In this document: positions 52,164 through 64,000 of the stretch, piece after piece
How positions within the stretch are numbered: position 1 is the stretch's first letter
Layout of the letters: each line of letters opens with the position of its first letter
Assembly: GCF_028641065.1 (NCBI RefSeq)
Contig: NC_073412.1
Location: forward strand, 11,160,001 to 11,224,000
DNA length: 64,000 bases
Direction of reading: 5' to 3'
Source of the DNA: Leucoraja erinacea
Lineage: Eukaryota
Notes under the pieces: model-generated
Told to the model about the DNA's origin: nothing
Databases searched by the model: none
Seen by the model: only the letters and a program-made list of their open reading frames with translations
Position numbers and translations under genes: made by a program

Positions 52164-55100
52164 TGTTATGAGTCATACTTTGTAGCTATGCCCACTAGTT
52201 TAACAGAAAGCTTCTCTGCCCTTTCTCCCTCACTTTTGAGCTATGTGCTAAGATGAAGTTACCAATGCTGTAATGTTAATAAAGTCTTTGGATCTTAATC
52301 ACTGTGCATGACTTAAGTTATCCCAACAGCAGAAGCTCAACACGGTGTCAGAGTGTATGGTGGACTCATTCCTTGCTTAACTATATCGGTTTTATTTTAG
52401 TTTGTTGTTTTCTCCGGTACATATTACTATGGCTTCTGCTCTCAGAAAACCAGAGATTCTGGTGTTTGACAAAGACCTCTCAGAACGGTGGCAGGTATTT
52501 GAAGAAGACTTCTCAATTTACATTGAAGCGGCTCACCCTATTGCTGCTCCTGGTGTTCAAGCGGTAATTCTTCTTAATCTTGCAGGCACAGAAGCTGCTC
52601 GGCGTGCCAGATGATTTCATTATGAACTGGCTAGATGTGACCCGGCTGGTGTCCAGATCGTTGCCGCTGAGTCTATCCGAGACCCTGACTGCCTACTGCG
52701 CAAATTCCGACAGTTATGTGAGTTACGTACTAACTTGGTCATGGAGAGACATTTGTTCTTTTCCCGAAGCCAGAGACAGGGTGAACTTGTGGAGATGTAT
52801 GTTAGTGCGTTGAAGCACATTGCCAATCAATGCGATTTCAGGGATATATGTCAAGTTCAAGAGAGTTTATTGTCAAGTGTCCCTGATAGGACAATAAAAT
52901 TCTTGCTTTGCTTTAGCACACCAGAACAATAGTAGGCACGAATACAGAACAGATCAGTGTGTCCATATACCATTGTATAAATATATACACACATGAATAA
53001 ATAAACTGATAAAGTGCAAATAAACAGATTATGGGCCATTAATGTTCAGAGTTTGTCCGAGCCGAGTTTAATAGCCTGATGGCTGAGGGGAAGTAGCTGT
53101 TCCTGAACCTGCAATCTTCAGGCTCCTGTTCCTTCTACCTGAAGGCAGTGGGGAGATGAGTGTATGGCCCGGATGGTGTGTCCTTGATGATACTGCCAGC
53201 CTTTTTGAGGCAGCGACTGTGATAGATCCCCTCAATGGACGGGAGGTTAAAGCTGATGATGGACTGGGCAGTGTTTACTACTTTTTGTAGTCTTTTCCGC
53301 TCCAGGATGCCCAAGTTTCCGAACCAAGCCACAAAGCAACCAGTCAGCATGCTCTCTACTGTTCACCTGTAGAAGTTAGAGAGACTTCTCCTTGACATAC
53401 CGACTCTCCGTAATCTTCTCAGGAAGTAGAGGCACTGATGTGCTTTCTTTATGATTGCATCTTCAGAGATATGCACGCCCAGGAATTTGAAGCTCTTGAC
53501 CCTTTCCACCATTGACCCGTTGATATAAATGGGACTGTGGGTCCCCATCCTCCCTTTCCAAAGTCCACAATCAGTTCCTTGGTTTTGCTGGTGTTGAGGG
53601 CCAGGTTATTGTGCTGGCACCATTTGGTCAGTCGGTCGATCTCACTTATGTACTCTGGCTCGTCCCCATGTGATACGTCCCACAACAGTGGTATCGTCTG
53701 CGAACTTGATGAGGGAGTTCGCACTATGACCGGCTAAGCAGTCATGAATATAGAGTGAGTACAGCAGGGGGCTAAGCACGCAGCCTTGAGGTGCTCCCGT
53801 GCTGATTGTTATCGAGGCTGACACATTTCCACCAATACGAACTGACTATTGTCTGAGAACGAGGAAGTCGAGGATCCAATTGCAGAGGGATGCGCAGAGA
53901 CCCAGTTCTGCGAGTTTGGTAACCAGCTTGGAGGAGATGATTGTGTTAAATGCCGAGCTGTAATCAATGAAAAACAGCCTGACATATGAGTTTTTGTTGT
54001 CCAAGTGGTCCAGAGCGGAGTGGAGAGCCAGCGAGGTCGCATATGTGATACCCTAGTCCAAGACTGTTTGGTATATGTTGTCTGCAATGATAAATTAAGC
54101 AACTAGTTACTGCGGGATGCTGAGCTTAATCTAGAGACTGCTGAATACCGCTGTCGCTTTGCTGAAATGGCTGACGCTCATACAAAGGTTTTAGGGCACT
54201 CTGCTGGTCATGCAATTAATGTTGCCGGCATGTCTTATCAAATTTCTTGCCGTTCTCTCTATCGTGAGACTAATAGGCAATTGTTTTAACTGTGGTGGTT
54301 TGCATGCTGCTGCTCGTGACCGCTGCCCTGCGTATGGAAAATGATGTAGATTTTGTAACAAACGGAATAATTTCTTCAGATGCTGTCGTTTTGCGTAGCA
54401 ACAGAGTTCAAACAAGGCGATCTGTTAATTTACTTGGCCATGAGAACTTGCTCTCGGAATGCTCTCAAACGGATCCCACGGATTTGCAGGCTGCTAGCGA
54501 AGGTTTTGACTTAAATGTGCATTCCTTGTCTGATTTAATGCACAACCAACTAGACCCCAAGGTCACCTTGCTCGTTAATGGCAAGAACTTTTATCTGAAA
54601 GTTGACACAGGGGCCAGGTGTAACGTGATCTGTCTAGCTGTGTTGAAAATGTTACAAAAAACAGAGACTGTCACTCCTATGCTGCTGCCCGCCTCCCCTT
54701 TGCAGGAGGCCCAGTGCACCCAATCGGTCAAGTCGAGCTACGCTGCTGTCTTAACTCACGTGTCTATAACCTGAGATTCTATGTTGTTCGTGAGGATGTG
54801 CCATCTCTGCTGCATGCCAACGCATGTCACGACCTGGGACTTGTCTCTTTCAGCCCATCTGTTTGTCATCTGACTACAACCTGTGACTTGGCCAACAAAT
54901 CCTGACACAATACAAAACTTTGTTTGATGACAAGCTGGGCCGATTGACTGTTAAGTACACAATTACCATTAACGCTGAGGTAATTCCAGTTGTCCATCCA
55001 ACTCACAAGATTCCCCATGCTATGTGGAACCATGTTCAAAGTGAACTCAACAGAATGGTGTATCTAGGTGTGATTGCTCCCGTCGCTGACCCCTTGGATT

Positions 55101-55375
55101 GGGTTTCCACCATTGTTGTGGCAACGAAGAAGAATAAGGACGAAATACGGATTTGTATCAAACCTAAGGACTTAAACACAGCCATTTAACATCCTCACTA
55201 TCCCATGCGCACTGTGGATGAGATTGCAGCTCAGATGGCTGAGGCAACTGTATTCACTATTCTAGATGCCAAGAGTTCATTCTGGCAGATTTCGCTGGAG
55301 CACAACTCCTCCAAGTTAAGAACCTTCAGCATACCGTTTGGGCGTTACAGATTTCTTCGCATGCCTTTTTGCTCA
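52164..55375 (+). mobile_element. Degenerate Gypsy (Mag-like) element: LTR, gag, protease, partial RT
   Basis: LTR tgttatg...tcaaca at 52164-52342, PBS cggtgtcagagtg (tRNA-Leu-like), gag MASALRKPE.., two Cys knuckles at about 54280-54390, LKVDTGA, RT ..LDAKSSFWQI..GRYRFLRMPF. Confidence 0.85.
52852..54040 (-). mobile_element. Rex1/Babar-like LINE inserted into the Gypsy gag
   Basis: TGAPQGCVLSPLLYSLY and KFADDTTVVG motifs. TSD atatgt at 52846-52851 and 54041-54046. Confidence 0.9.
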
Positions 55376-55969
55376 CCAAGCCATCTACATTAAGCCTAGG
55401 TCACATATATATCACAAACAGCAGAAGTCCCAGCACAGATCCCTGTGGAACTCCACTGGTCACAGTCCTCTGGCCAGAATATCTTGCTTCTACCACAACC
55501 AGCTAACTTCTATGAATGAGCCATAGTGCATCTTAACTATACTGCATTTGGAATTAAGGGAGGAGAGCTGAATGACATGTGAATAGGTCTGAAAAAGGAA
55601 CTGTTCTACATATTCAACAAAGAGATGGACGTTGTTTTATTCCTTGTGATTTCTCATAGCTACCTATTAACTTGGAGTAAGTGAGTGCAGTTGAAGAAGT
55701 TATTCAATATAAGAATAAGGTTAACCAGATGAAGGTGATTAGTGCTTGGAGGATAACTGGTAGAATTTCTGTTGAAGTTAGAAGTGAAGAGCCCTCAGAC
55801 CATCCTGAGTAGGATGGAAAAGTAGAGAGATTGGAGGGTGAGGATGAACCCATTGGACCATTAAAGTAGAACTTCAAAGTAGCAGAGAGCATCAGGTGTA
55901 ATATAAGAATTTAAGAAACAGGAAAAAGAGTAGGCTACTTAGCCTCTCGAATCTGCTGTGACATTCAGT

Positions 55970-56215
55970 AAACGCAGCTGGTAGAGCTGCTGCCTCACAG
56001 TGCCAGAGACCAGGAGTGATCCTGACCTCAGATGCTGTCTGTGTTGAATTTGCACATTCTCCCTGTGACTGCGTGGGTTTCCTCGCCATGCGGGTTTATA
56101 AGTTAATTTGCTCTGTAAAGTTATCCCTAGTGTGTAGGGAGTGGATGAGAATGTGGGATAGAACTAGTGTGAATGGGTAATCGCTGATTGGCATGACTCA
56201 CTGAGCCCAGGGGCC
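55970..56215 (+). mobile_element. HE1/V-SINE-like element
   Basis: Same head and V-domain as 26135-26428. Confidence 0.7.
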
Positions 56216-56679
56216 ATACTCATTGCCTCACAAATATTTGACAATATCTGCTTTGATATATTCAATGCCCACCCTGCCGACTGGAACTGAGAATTGCAAA
56301 TAAATCAAGTTCCTCTGAGAGAAGATATTCCTCCTCATCTCAGCTGAAATCTTTATTTCAAAACTATGCTCTAGTTTTAGATAATCTCAACAGGGAAGCA
56401 TCCTCTCAGCATGTCAATCTCCCTCATACTCTCATATGTTTCAGTAAGAACTTTCATTTTTATAAACTGCAATAATAGGTCCAACCAGTACATGTGCTCT
56501 TCATATGTCAACTCCTAGAAATCAACCTAATGGACTTACACTGCCGTCCTCCATAAGTATGGGGACCAAAAGTATATCCAGCACTCCAGGTGTTGTCACA
56601 GCAGTGGGCTTAAATATAAATCTAAACCTTTCTGTACCCCATACCCTATCAAGACAACCCAACATTATTATGCTGTTAT

Positions 56680-58330
56680 CAATAAAAACTGCCTACCACT
56701 ATGTTCCTTTGCCACAATTTGGGTAATCTGAACACCTAGCTGTGTTTCTCCTCCCTGCCTATAAACAAAATCTAAAGCTAGAGGATCCCGTACAGAGTTG
56801 TTCAATGCTGGTCTGGGACACGGATGACATCCTACATGACAGCTTTAAGTCAGTGGACTGGCCCATATTCAGGGATTCTGCAGCCAACTTGAATGAGTAT
56901 GCCATTATCGTGACTGACTTAATCAACGTTTGTAGTGGGGTGCGTGCCAAAGAAGATAATCCGAGTGTTCCCCAACCGGAAACCATGGATGAACCGTGAG
57001 GTACATTTGCAGGTGAAGGATAGGTCCACTGCATACAAGTCAAATTATCCTGAATGGTACAAGGAAGCTCACGATGATCTTCGCAAATCCATCAAGAATG
57101 TTAAAGACAATACCAGGACAAGCTTGTGCCCCAGTATAATCATTCGAAACACCCGCAGAATGTAGCAAGGACTGAATACCAGAACTGGCTGCAAAGTGAA
57201 GGCAGGCAATATCACAGGTCATAGTGTGTAGGAAAGAACTGCAATGCTGGTTTAAATCGAAGGTAAACACAAAAGACTGGGGTAACTCAGTGGGACAGGC
57301 AACATATCTGGAGAAAAGGAATGGGAGACCCTCCAGACTGGTCATAAACTTCTCACTGGTCATAGTGTCAGCCTATGTGATGAACAAGGTTTTCTATGCT
57401 TGCTTTGAGCAGGACACCATCCTTTGCGCAGGTGACATCTGTCCCATCAGATTCAAGTGTGTCTTCCTAGACACTGTAGTGGGCTGGATATCAAATAATG
57501 ACGAGAATAATACAGAAAGAACATTGAGAACCTCGTGAATAACCTTTCTCTCAATATCACCAAGACAAAGGAGATAATGATCAGCGTCAGGGACCGAAGT
57601 GGTACACATCCCCGGTTTAGATTTGCAGCACCGAAGTAGAGATGGTTGAAAGCTTTAAAGTTCCTATATTACCAGCAACTTGTCCTAGACTAGCCATATC
57701 GAAGCAATGGCAAATAAAGCACACCAAGTCTCTACTTCCTTAGAAGGCTTAGGAAGTTTGGCATGTCTCCAACAACTCTCAATAATTTCTACGGATGCAC
57801 CATCGAAAACATTTTATCGAGATGCATCACAGCATGTTTTGGGAACAGTTCCATCCTAGACCGAAATAAACTGCAGAGAATTGTGGACTCAGTGCAGACC
57901 ATTATACAAATGATACTCCCTTCCATTGAGTCCATCTACACTTCATGCTGCATCAGCAAGACCAATAAAGACGAGCCTCACCCCGTTCCTCTTCTGCCCT
58001 CTCCCATCAGGCAAAAGGTAAAGAAGTGTGAAAATACACAGCTCCAGATTCAGGGTCAGTTTCGTCCCAGCTGTTATCAGGCCACGGAACTATCCTTTCA
58101 ATAGATAGAGAGCTGTCCTGAGCTACTATCTACCTCTTTGGAGACCCTCAGACTATCTTTAATCTGAATTTATTTGACTTATCTTGCACTTGACATTATT
58201 CCTTTTATCCTGTATCTGTACACTATGGTTGGCTCGATTATAATCATGTGTAGTCTTTCCGCTAACAGGTTAGCACACAATAGAAAGCTCTTCACTGTAC
58301 CTCAGTACATGTGACAATAAACTAAATTAA
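56680..58330 (+). mobile_element. Degenerate Rex1/Babar-like LINE with internal deletions
   Basis: LLPAYKQNLK, RVFPNRKPWM and NFYGCTIENIL motifs; tail gtgacaataaactaaa. Confidence 0.75.
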
Positions 58331-59871
58331 TAACATTCCTAATTACTTGCCATATCTTTTTTCTGGAACTAATACTACAATACTGAAAGCTATATTCAGC
58401 ACCCTGGTATTTTTCTCTATTCTACTTGTTGTATTTGTGTATGGCTTGATTGTATTCATGTGTAATATTATCTGATTTAATTGGATAGCACACAAACAAA
58501 ATATTTCACTGTATGTTTACATGTGACAATTAAAAAACAATATTAATATTAATATGCCAACCCTCTGTGTTTCATGTTTTAGGAACTCAAATCCCTTTGT
58601 GTGCAATATTCTGTGGTCTCATTCTACTTAAATGATTACAGTAAAAATCAGAAAACCCACCATCCAATTGTTCAGAAATCCTGATGGTTTGGCATTTTGC
58701 TTACTGGCTTTTTCCCACGCTCCCAATATATTCACACAGACAGTTTCCTAGACTCTTTTTAAAATCAATGGGGCTCTATATCCCACACTCCCTTTAAATG
58801 CACCAGGATGACTGGAACATTTATTATAAATACTATGTAGTATCTTTAAAAACCATGAGTTAGAAGTGTGTCATCTTAAAGTCTAAAAAATCTGCAAAAA
58901 AATACACAAAATACTGGAGTAACTGAGTGGGTCAAGCAGCATCCCCAGACAAAAAGGGATCAGGACCCTTCTTCAGACTGATTATTAGGTTGGGACCTTG
59001 TTCAGACTAATTGTAGGCAGCGTGGAAAGAAGATTGGAAGAGAGGAAGGGCAGGATAAAGTGTTAGGTATTAGGCGATCACAGGTGAGGGATGTTTTTTG
59101 ATACGCAGATGGTTGGACAAAGGTCAGAGATGATAAAAACAGAAGGTATGAAACAAAAAGATTGAAGAGTTATGACATGTGAAGCCAGAGAAAGGAATGT
59201 AGGGGACAGGTATGGGGGAAATATTTGTAAAAACAAGTGAGGCAGAGGGAGGGGATGGGTTAGTGAGAAGGTGGGGGGGGGGGGGGGGGGGCTGGGTAAG
59301 CTAGAAATTGGGTGTAGGGAAGAAAGTGGAGAGAGGGTTGCCAGAGGTTTCCTAAAATTGGAGAATTTCAGTGGAATGGTTGCTAAGTTTACACTTGGTT
59401 TCGCCAATGTGCAGGAGGCCATTTGCACTGTTTTGTTGATCACTTGAAGCATATTATGCTTAGTTGTGTTCTTCCTCTCTACTAGCTTTCTAGCTGCCTC
59501 CTGCCACAATGAAGAAGGGCCTCGACTCGAAACGTTACCTATCCATGTTCTCGATGAATGCTGCCTGACCTGCTGAGTAACTTCAGCATTTTGTGTACTT
59601 TTTTGTAAAGCAGCATGCGCAGTTCATTGTTTCTACAAAAATATGCCTGTGTGGTAACGCCGAATCCCAGGCTATCAGTTTTGCTGTATTTGTTATTTGT
59701 TTTTGAAGTGGACAGTTTTTCGTTTTCCCACATTGTACTACATCTGTCAACTTTATGCCCAATCACATAACCTATTTCTATTGTTTTGTGCCAAAAAAAT
59801 AAAATGCTGGAGGAACTTGGTGGGTCACGGAGTATCTGTGGAGGGAAAGGGATAGTGGATATTCCGGGTAT

Positions 59872-60330
59872 CAATTGACAGTTCCATGGGAAGATGGTGT
59901 TGAAGAAGTTTATGAGAGGAAATAGACCAAGTACTCTGAACTGGCAACTGAAGCTTCCCAGAGTGGCTGGAAGACCAAGATTTTCCCTGTCGAAGTGGGA
60001 TGCAGGGAATTTGTTGCTACATCTACGACCAGGCTATTAAAGAAAATGGGGGTGAGGGGTTGCTCCCTCCAACAAGCAATCAAGTAATTATCAGATTCTG
60101 CAGAAAAAAGCAGCAATTGGATTTGGATCAAAAGAAGAGACAACAATTGGGCTGCAAGACGAAGACAGGAGGGTATGGAATTGAGGGGCGTGTAACTGGC
60201 ATGCCAGGTATCACCGTTGAGCCCTCTAGAGATGTTGTGGGCTTATCAATGAAACGTCAAAGAAGGAGGGTGCCCACCTGATGACCCCGATGACGTACTT
60301 ACCCGACCTTTCACCACTCCAGTCCCACTG
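59872..60330 (+). mobile_element. Hero/NeSL-like non-LTR element 3' end (restriction-like endonuclease)
   Basis: LTVPWEDGVEEVYERK*TKYSEL..GWKTKIFPVEVGCREFV..SSNWIWIKR. Confidence 0.7.
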
Positions 60331-60737
60331 CAAATAGCAAGAGTGCTGACTTATTACAGGGATTGAAACATCAAGTCCTATTAGCTCTACTGCATCAGGA
60401 CTGATAGTGTAGAGGGAAGATTGCCAATATAAAGAGATGAGACACGGGCTGGTAGTTGATAGCTGGAACCAGGTGATTTGTTGGATGATGGGTGAGGTGG
60501 GAATTTAGAGACAGGCTTGTGATGATAGGTGGAAACAGGGAAGAGAAAAGAGTAGCAAGACAGAGCTAAGTGAAGGGAGATCAGAGGGGGGGGGAAGAAA
60601 GTAGAGACAGAGGCTGGAAAACGATACGTGGAACCAGATAAGCTCAGTATGATGGGCAGATGAAACCAGATGGGCGACGGGATAGGGAGATTGAGCCTGA
60701 GATGAGGAAACTCAGATGGATGGGTGTGAGAGTAATG

Positions 60738-61056
60738 TAGCAATGTTACAAAATTTTGAGATTTAAAAAATCAAGTCTGCAATTTATCCCATCAGATAAA
60801 GCATAACAATAAGTTTAATTTGACACCTAATTCACTTTCATATCTCAAGTATTTAAAAAGTTATGGCCATTGTCATACTTGGAAATTAGAATCTTGTTCC
60901 CTATTGATTTTCTATGGACATAACAAAAAAGCTGTGATCGTGGACAGTCAAAAGCCCATAACCTTCTTAAAAATTAAGAGAACTGAATGAAATTTTCAGT
61001 TATCATAGATTGAAGCATTCTGAAACAAATATAAAATAATCTTACTTGGATGACCT
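60738..61056. mobile_element. TAG...CTA family element, interrupted by the Gypsy insertion
   Basis: Near-identical reverse complement of about 51692-52010. Confidence 0.85.
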
Positions 61057-61299
61057 TGTGGCGGCTCCTAAGGGTCGTCCCATTATACTGCCGAACCCCT
61101 CGGCACAGGAGTGGTGCAGTCCGGAGGCGGTCCTTAGCCGGAGGGTATAAAAGGCAGGGTTTGGGTGCCATCTTTCCCTGGTTTCGTCTTCCCCTGAACC
61201 GGGAGGAATTAAAGTAAAGTGCTTCTCAAACTTCGGACTACTTGCCTCATTTTGAGACCCACGCACTACATTGGTGACCCCCGACGCTCCATTGGCATC

Positions 61300-62253
61300 A
61301 TGATGGAGACCGAACAAAGCCCTACCTCCTCACACGCCAGCCCGACCCTGTCTCTGGACGCGGTCTCCGTAAAACTGCCCAGCTTCTGGACCACACGGCC
61401 GCTCATCTGGTTCCAGCAGGCGGAGGCCCAGTTCAACCTGCGGGGCATCACGGTCGATGCCACCCGTTTCTATTACCTGGTGGGAGCCCTCGACCAGGAT
61501 GCGGTGGAAGAAGTATCGGACTTCCTCGCAGCCCCCCCGGACAATGATAAATACCTCGGCCTGAAACAGCTCCTGCTCCAAATTTACGGACTAAGTAGGA
61601 TGGAGCGGGCAGGTAGGATCCTGCATATGGGTGGCCTGGGCGACCGGTGGCCATCTACCCTCCTAAAGGAAATGGTGGCGTTATTAGACGGGCACACGCC
61701 GTGCCTGTTGTTCGAGTACACTTACCTGCATCTGCTGCCGGCCTACATTCGATTGCAACTCACCGACGCCTCGTTTGCCGACCTTCGGGCCCTCGGGAGG
61801 CGCGCCGACGCCATGTGGATGGCGCGCCCTGATGACGTCAGCGCGCTGGGCGTCAGCAGAGACGAGGTCGCGCTGAGGTCGACGCGCCCGGATGACGTCA
61901 ACGCGCTGGCCGTCGGCAGGCACGCCGATGACGTCAACGCGCTGGCCGTCGGCAGGCACACCGATGACGTCACCCCAGCAGCTCCCGATTTCCTCCGGTG
62001 GGGCGGGGGAGCTGTGGAAAGAGTGACGGCTCCAGCCCGACGGCCCGCTCGATTACCCCCAGCGGCAGTGAGGGGTACTGCACCTGCAGTCCAGCGCCAG
62101 CAAGCTGCAGGCACCACCAGCAGGGGCAGGCAAGCTCAAAATAGCACAAACACAAGGAGCTGGTGCTATTTCCATCAGCGCTGGGGTGCTGCAGCACGAC
62201 AATGCCGCCAGCCATGCACGTTCCTGGGAAACGCCTGGGCCGGCTGCCAATAG
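61300..62253 (+). CDS. Gypsy Gag
   Basis: [22 protein letters not shown]..; C-terminal [18 protein letters not shown] knuckle. Open frame from the ATG at 61300. Confidence 0.9.
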   Translation: MMETEQSPTSSHASPTLSLDAVSVKLPSFWTTRPLIWFQQAEAQFNLRGITVDATRFYYLVGALDQDAVEEVSDFLAAPPDNDKYLGLKQLLLQIYGLSRMERAGRILHMGGLGDRWPSTLLKEMVALLDGHTPCLLFEYTYLHLLPAYIRLQLTDASFADLRALGRRADAMWMARPDDVSALGVSRDEVALRSTRPDDVNALAVGRHADDVNALAVGRHTDDVTPAAPDFLRWGGGAVERVTAPARRPARLPPAAVRGTAPAVQRQQAAGTTSRGRQAQNSTNTRSWCYFHQRWGAAARQCRQPCTFLGNAWAGCQ

Positions 62254-63920
62254 TCCCCGCGGTGGCCGGCCAAATTCACCGCCTTTTCGCTTGGGATCGG
62301 CGCTCCGGGACCCGCTTCCTCGTGGATACAGGAGCGGAGCTCAGCGTCCTGCCCCCTTCGCTGGCCGACATTCGTTCCAGTAAGCGGGGGCCCGTCCTCA
62401 CCGCGGCGAACGGCAGCCCCATCCGCACATATGGACTGCGCATGGTTCCCATCGTGCTCGGCTCCTGCCATTTTTCATGGAACTTCACCGTTGCCGACGT
62501 CTCCCAACCATTGCTCGGGGCCGATTTTCTCCGGACGCATTCCCTCATGGTGGACGTCGGGCGTCAGCGTTTGGTCAACGCCACTACAATGGAGCCGATC
62601 ACGTTGCGCTTGGGTCAACCGGTGGGACGGCCACTGGCGTCCGTGGACTTACGATACGCACGAATCTTGGCAGCGTTCCCGGACATTCTCACTCCGCAGT
62701 TTCATTCAGCAACCCCCAGCCACGGAGTTGTACATTATATCCCGACTACCGGCCCACCCCTCCATGCACGAGCACGACGACTGCCACCAGATAAACTGCG
62801 TCTGGCACGGCGGGAATTCCGCACGATGGAGGCCTTGGGGATCGTCCGCCCTTCGAGCAGCCCTTGGGCGTCCACACTCCACATGGTCCCTAAGTCAAGC
62901 GGGGGCTGGCGACCTTGTGGGGATTACCGACGGCTGAACGCTGCAACAACAGCGGATCGATACCCCGTACCCCACATCCAGGACTTCACGGCCCATTTGG
63001 CTGGGGCCACATTTTTTTCAAAAGTGGATCTGGTGCGGGGTTATAACCAGATCCCGGTTCACCCGGATGACGTACCCAAGACGGCTATCATCACGCCATT
63101 CGGGCTTTACGAGTTTACTCGGATGCCGTTCGGCCTCAAAAATGCTGCACAGGCCTTTCAGCGCCTCATGGACGGGGTTTGTCGTGACCTCGAATTCGTG
63201 TTCGTGTACCTGGACGACATCCTGGTGGCCAGCCGCTCGCAGCAGGAACACTGCGCTCACCTTCGACAGCTCTGTCAGCGGCTCAGCGAGCATGGTTTGG
63301 CCATCAACCTGGACAAGTGCCGTTTTGGGGTCAACGAAATTGACTTTCTCGGCCACCGCGTGACTGCGCAAGGCGCGGTTCCCCTGCCTGACAGGGTTGA
63401 CGCTGTCCGTCGGTTTCCCCGCCCACGCACGGTGCGTGGCCTGCAGGAATTTGTCGGCATGGTGGCATTCTACCATCGTTTCGTGCCATCCGCGGCCCAC
63501 ATCATGCGGCCCCTGTATCAACTTCTGGCGGGTGGGCAGCAGAAGAGCGTTGAGTGGACGCCACTCCAGAGGCCGTACGAGGGCCCGTTCCGGGTGCTGG
63601 AACACGGGCAGTCGACTTTTGTCCTGGACATGGGGGGCCGGCCGGAGGCCGTGTCGATTGACCGTTTAAAGCCGGCGCACCTGGACATTGACCAGCCGGT
63701 GCTGGTTGCTCACCCTCGGCCCCGAGGGCGCCCCCCCTCACGACTCCCTCCACCTGTCACTCCACCTGTCCTCCCGCCGGTCCCTCGACCTGTCCCTCCA
63801 CCTACGCCCCCGCAAGCCCCGGGATCTGCTGACTTCCGCACGCGGGCCGGCCGGGTCGTGCGCCCGCCGGTGCGTTTTGTGCCTCTGGTTCTTGGGGGGG
63901 GGTCCTGTGGCGGCTCCTAA
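62226..63920 (+). CDS. Gypsy Pol (protease + RT + integrase C-terminal GPY/F tail), expressed by -1 frameshift
   Basis: [27 protein letters not shown] and YLDD, then directly [18 protein letters not shown]. Confidence 0.9.
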   Translation, partial: GKRLGRLPIVPAVAGQIHRLFAWDRRSGTRFLVDTGAELSVLPPSLADIRSSKRGPVLTAANGSPIRTYGLRMVPIVLGSCHFSWNFTVADVSQPLLGADFLRTHSLMVDVGRQRLVNATTMEPITLRLGQPVGRPLASVDLRYARILAAFPDILTPQFHSATPSHGVVHYIPTTGPPLHARARRLPPDKLRLARREFRTMEALGIVRPSSSPWASTLHMVPKSSGGWRPCGDYRRLNAATTADRYPVPHIQDFTAHLAGATFFSKVDLVRGYNQIPVHPDDVPKTAIITPFGLYEFTRMPFGLKNAAQAFQRLMDGVCRDLEFVFVYLDDILVASRSQQEHCAHLRQLCQRLSEHGLAINLDKCRFGVNEIDFLGHRVTAQGAVPLPDRVDAVRRFPRPRTVRGLQEFVGMVAFYHRFVPSAAHIMRPLYQLLAGGQQKSVEWTPLQRPYEGPFRVLEHGQSTFVLDMGGRPEAVSIDRLKPAHLDIDQPVLVAHPRPRGRPPSRLPPPVTPPVLPPVPRPVPPPTPPQAPGSADFRTRAGRVVRPPVRFVPLVLGGGSCGGS

Positions 63921-64000
63921 GAGTCGTCCCATTATACTGCCGAACCCCTCGGCACAGGAGTGGTGCAGTCCGGAGGCGGTCCTTAGCCGGAGGGTATAAA

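Larger units (their letters stand above)
61057..64000 (+). mobile_element. Young Gypsy LTR retrotransposon with internal deletion
   Basis: 5' LTR at 61057-61270 (TG...CA), PBS tggtgacccccgacg (tRNA-Trp-like), G-rich PPT at about 63894-63902, 3' LTR from 63906 with 1 mismatch in 95 bp. Confidence 0.95.

Overview
Eukaryotic (vertebrate) DNA rich in repeats, most likely from a cartilaginous fish (skate/ray). That assignment is inferred from HE1/V-SINE-like, CR1, Rex1-like and Penelope repeats. The only host gene I can support is the 5' end of a fibrillin gene, best matching FBN1, on the minus strand. It has five coding exons at 34678-34506, 31715-31633, 31409-31311, 24917-24822 and 21043-20948, encoding the signal peptide/propeptide, FUN domain and EGF1-3. 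A GC/CpG-rich promoter region lies at about 34.9-35.45 kb, and the gene continues beyond the left edge through a long intron. Everything else is a dense, nested mosaic of transposons. Penelope-like fragments and more than 15 short derivatives carry a hammerhead-ribozyme-like core. There are hAT-like elements with 5-, 6-, 7- and 8-bp target duplications, nested Harbinger-like MITEs, non-autonomous Helitrons, a Tc1 relic, Rex1/CR1/Hero-like LINEs and three Gypsy elements. The last Gypsy (61057-64000) is very young, has open gag and pol linked by a -1 frameshift signal, and carries an in-frame deletion of RNase H and the integrase core. Two assembly gaps are present. Most short ORFs in the supplied track are spurious. 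All calls come from reading by eye; no searches were run.
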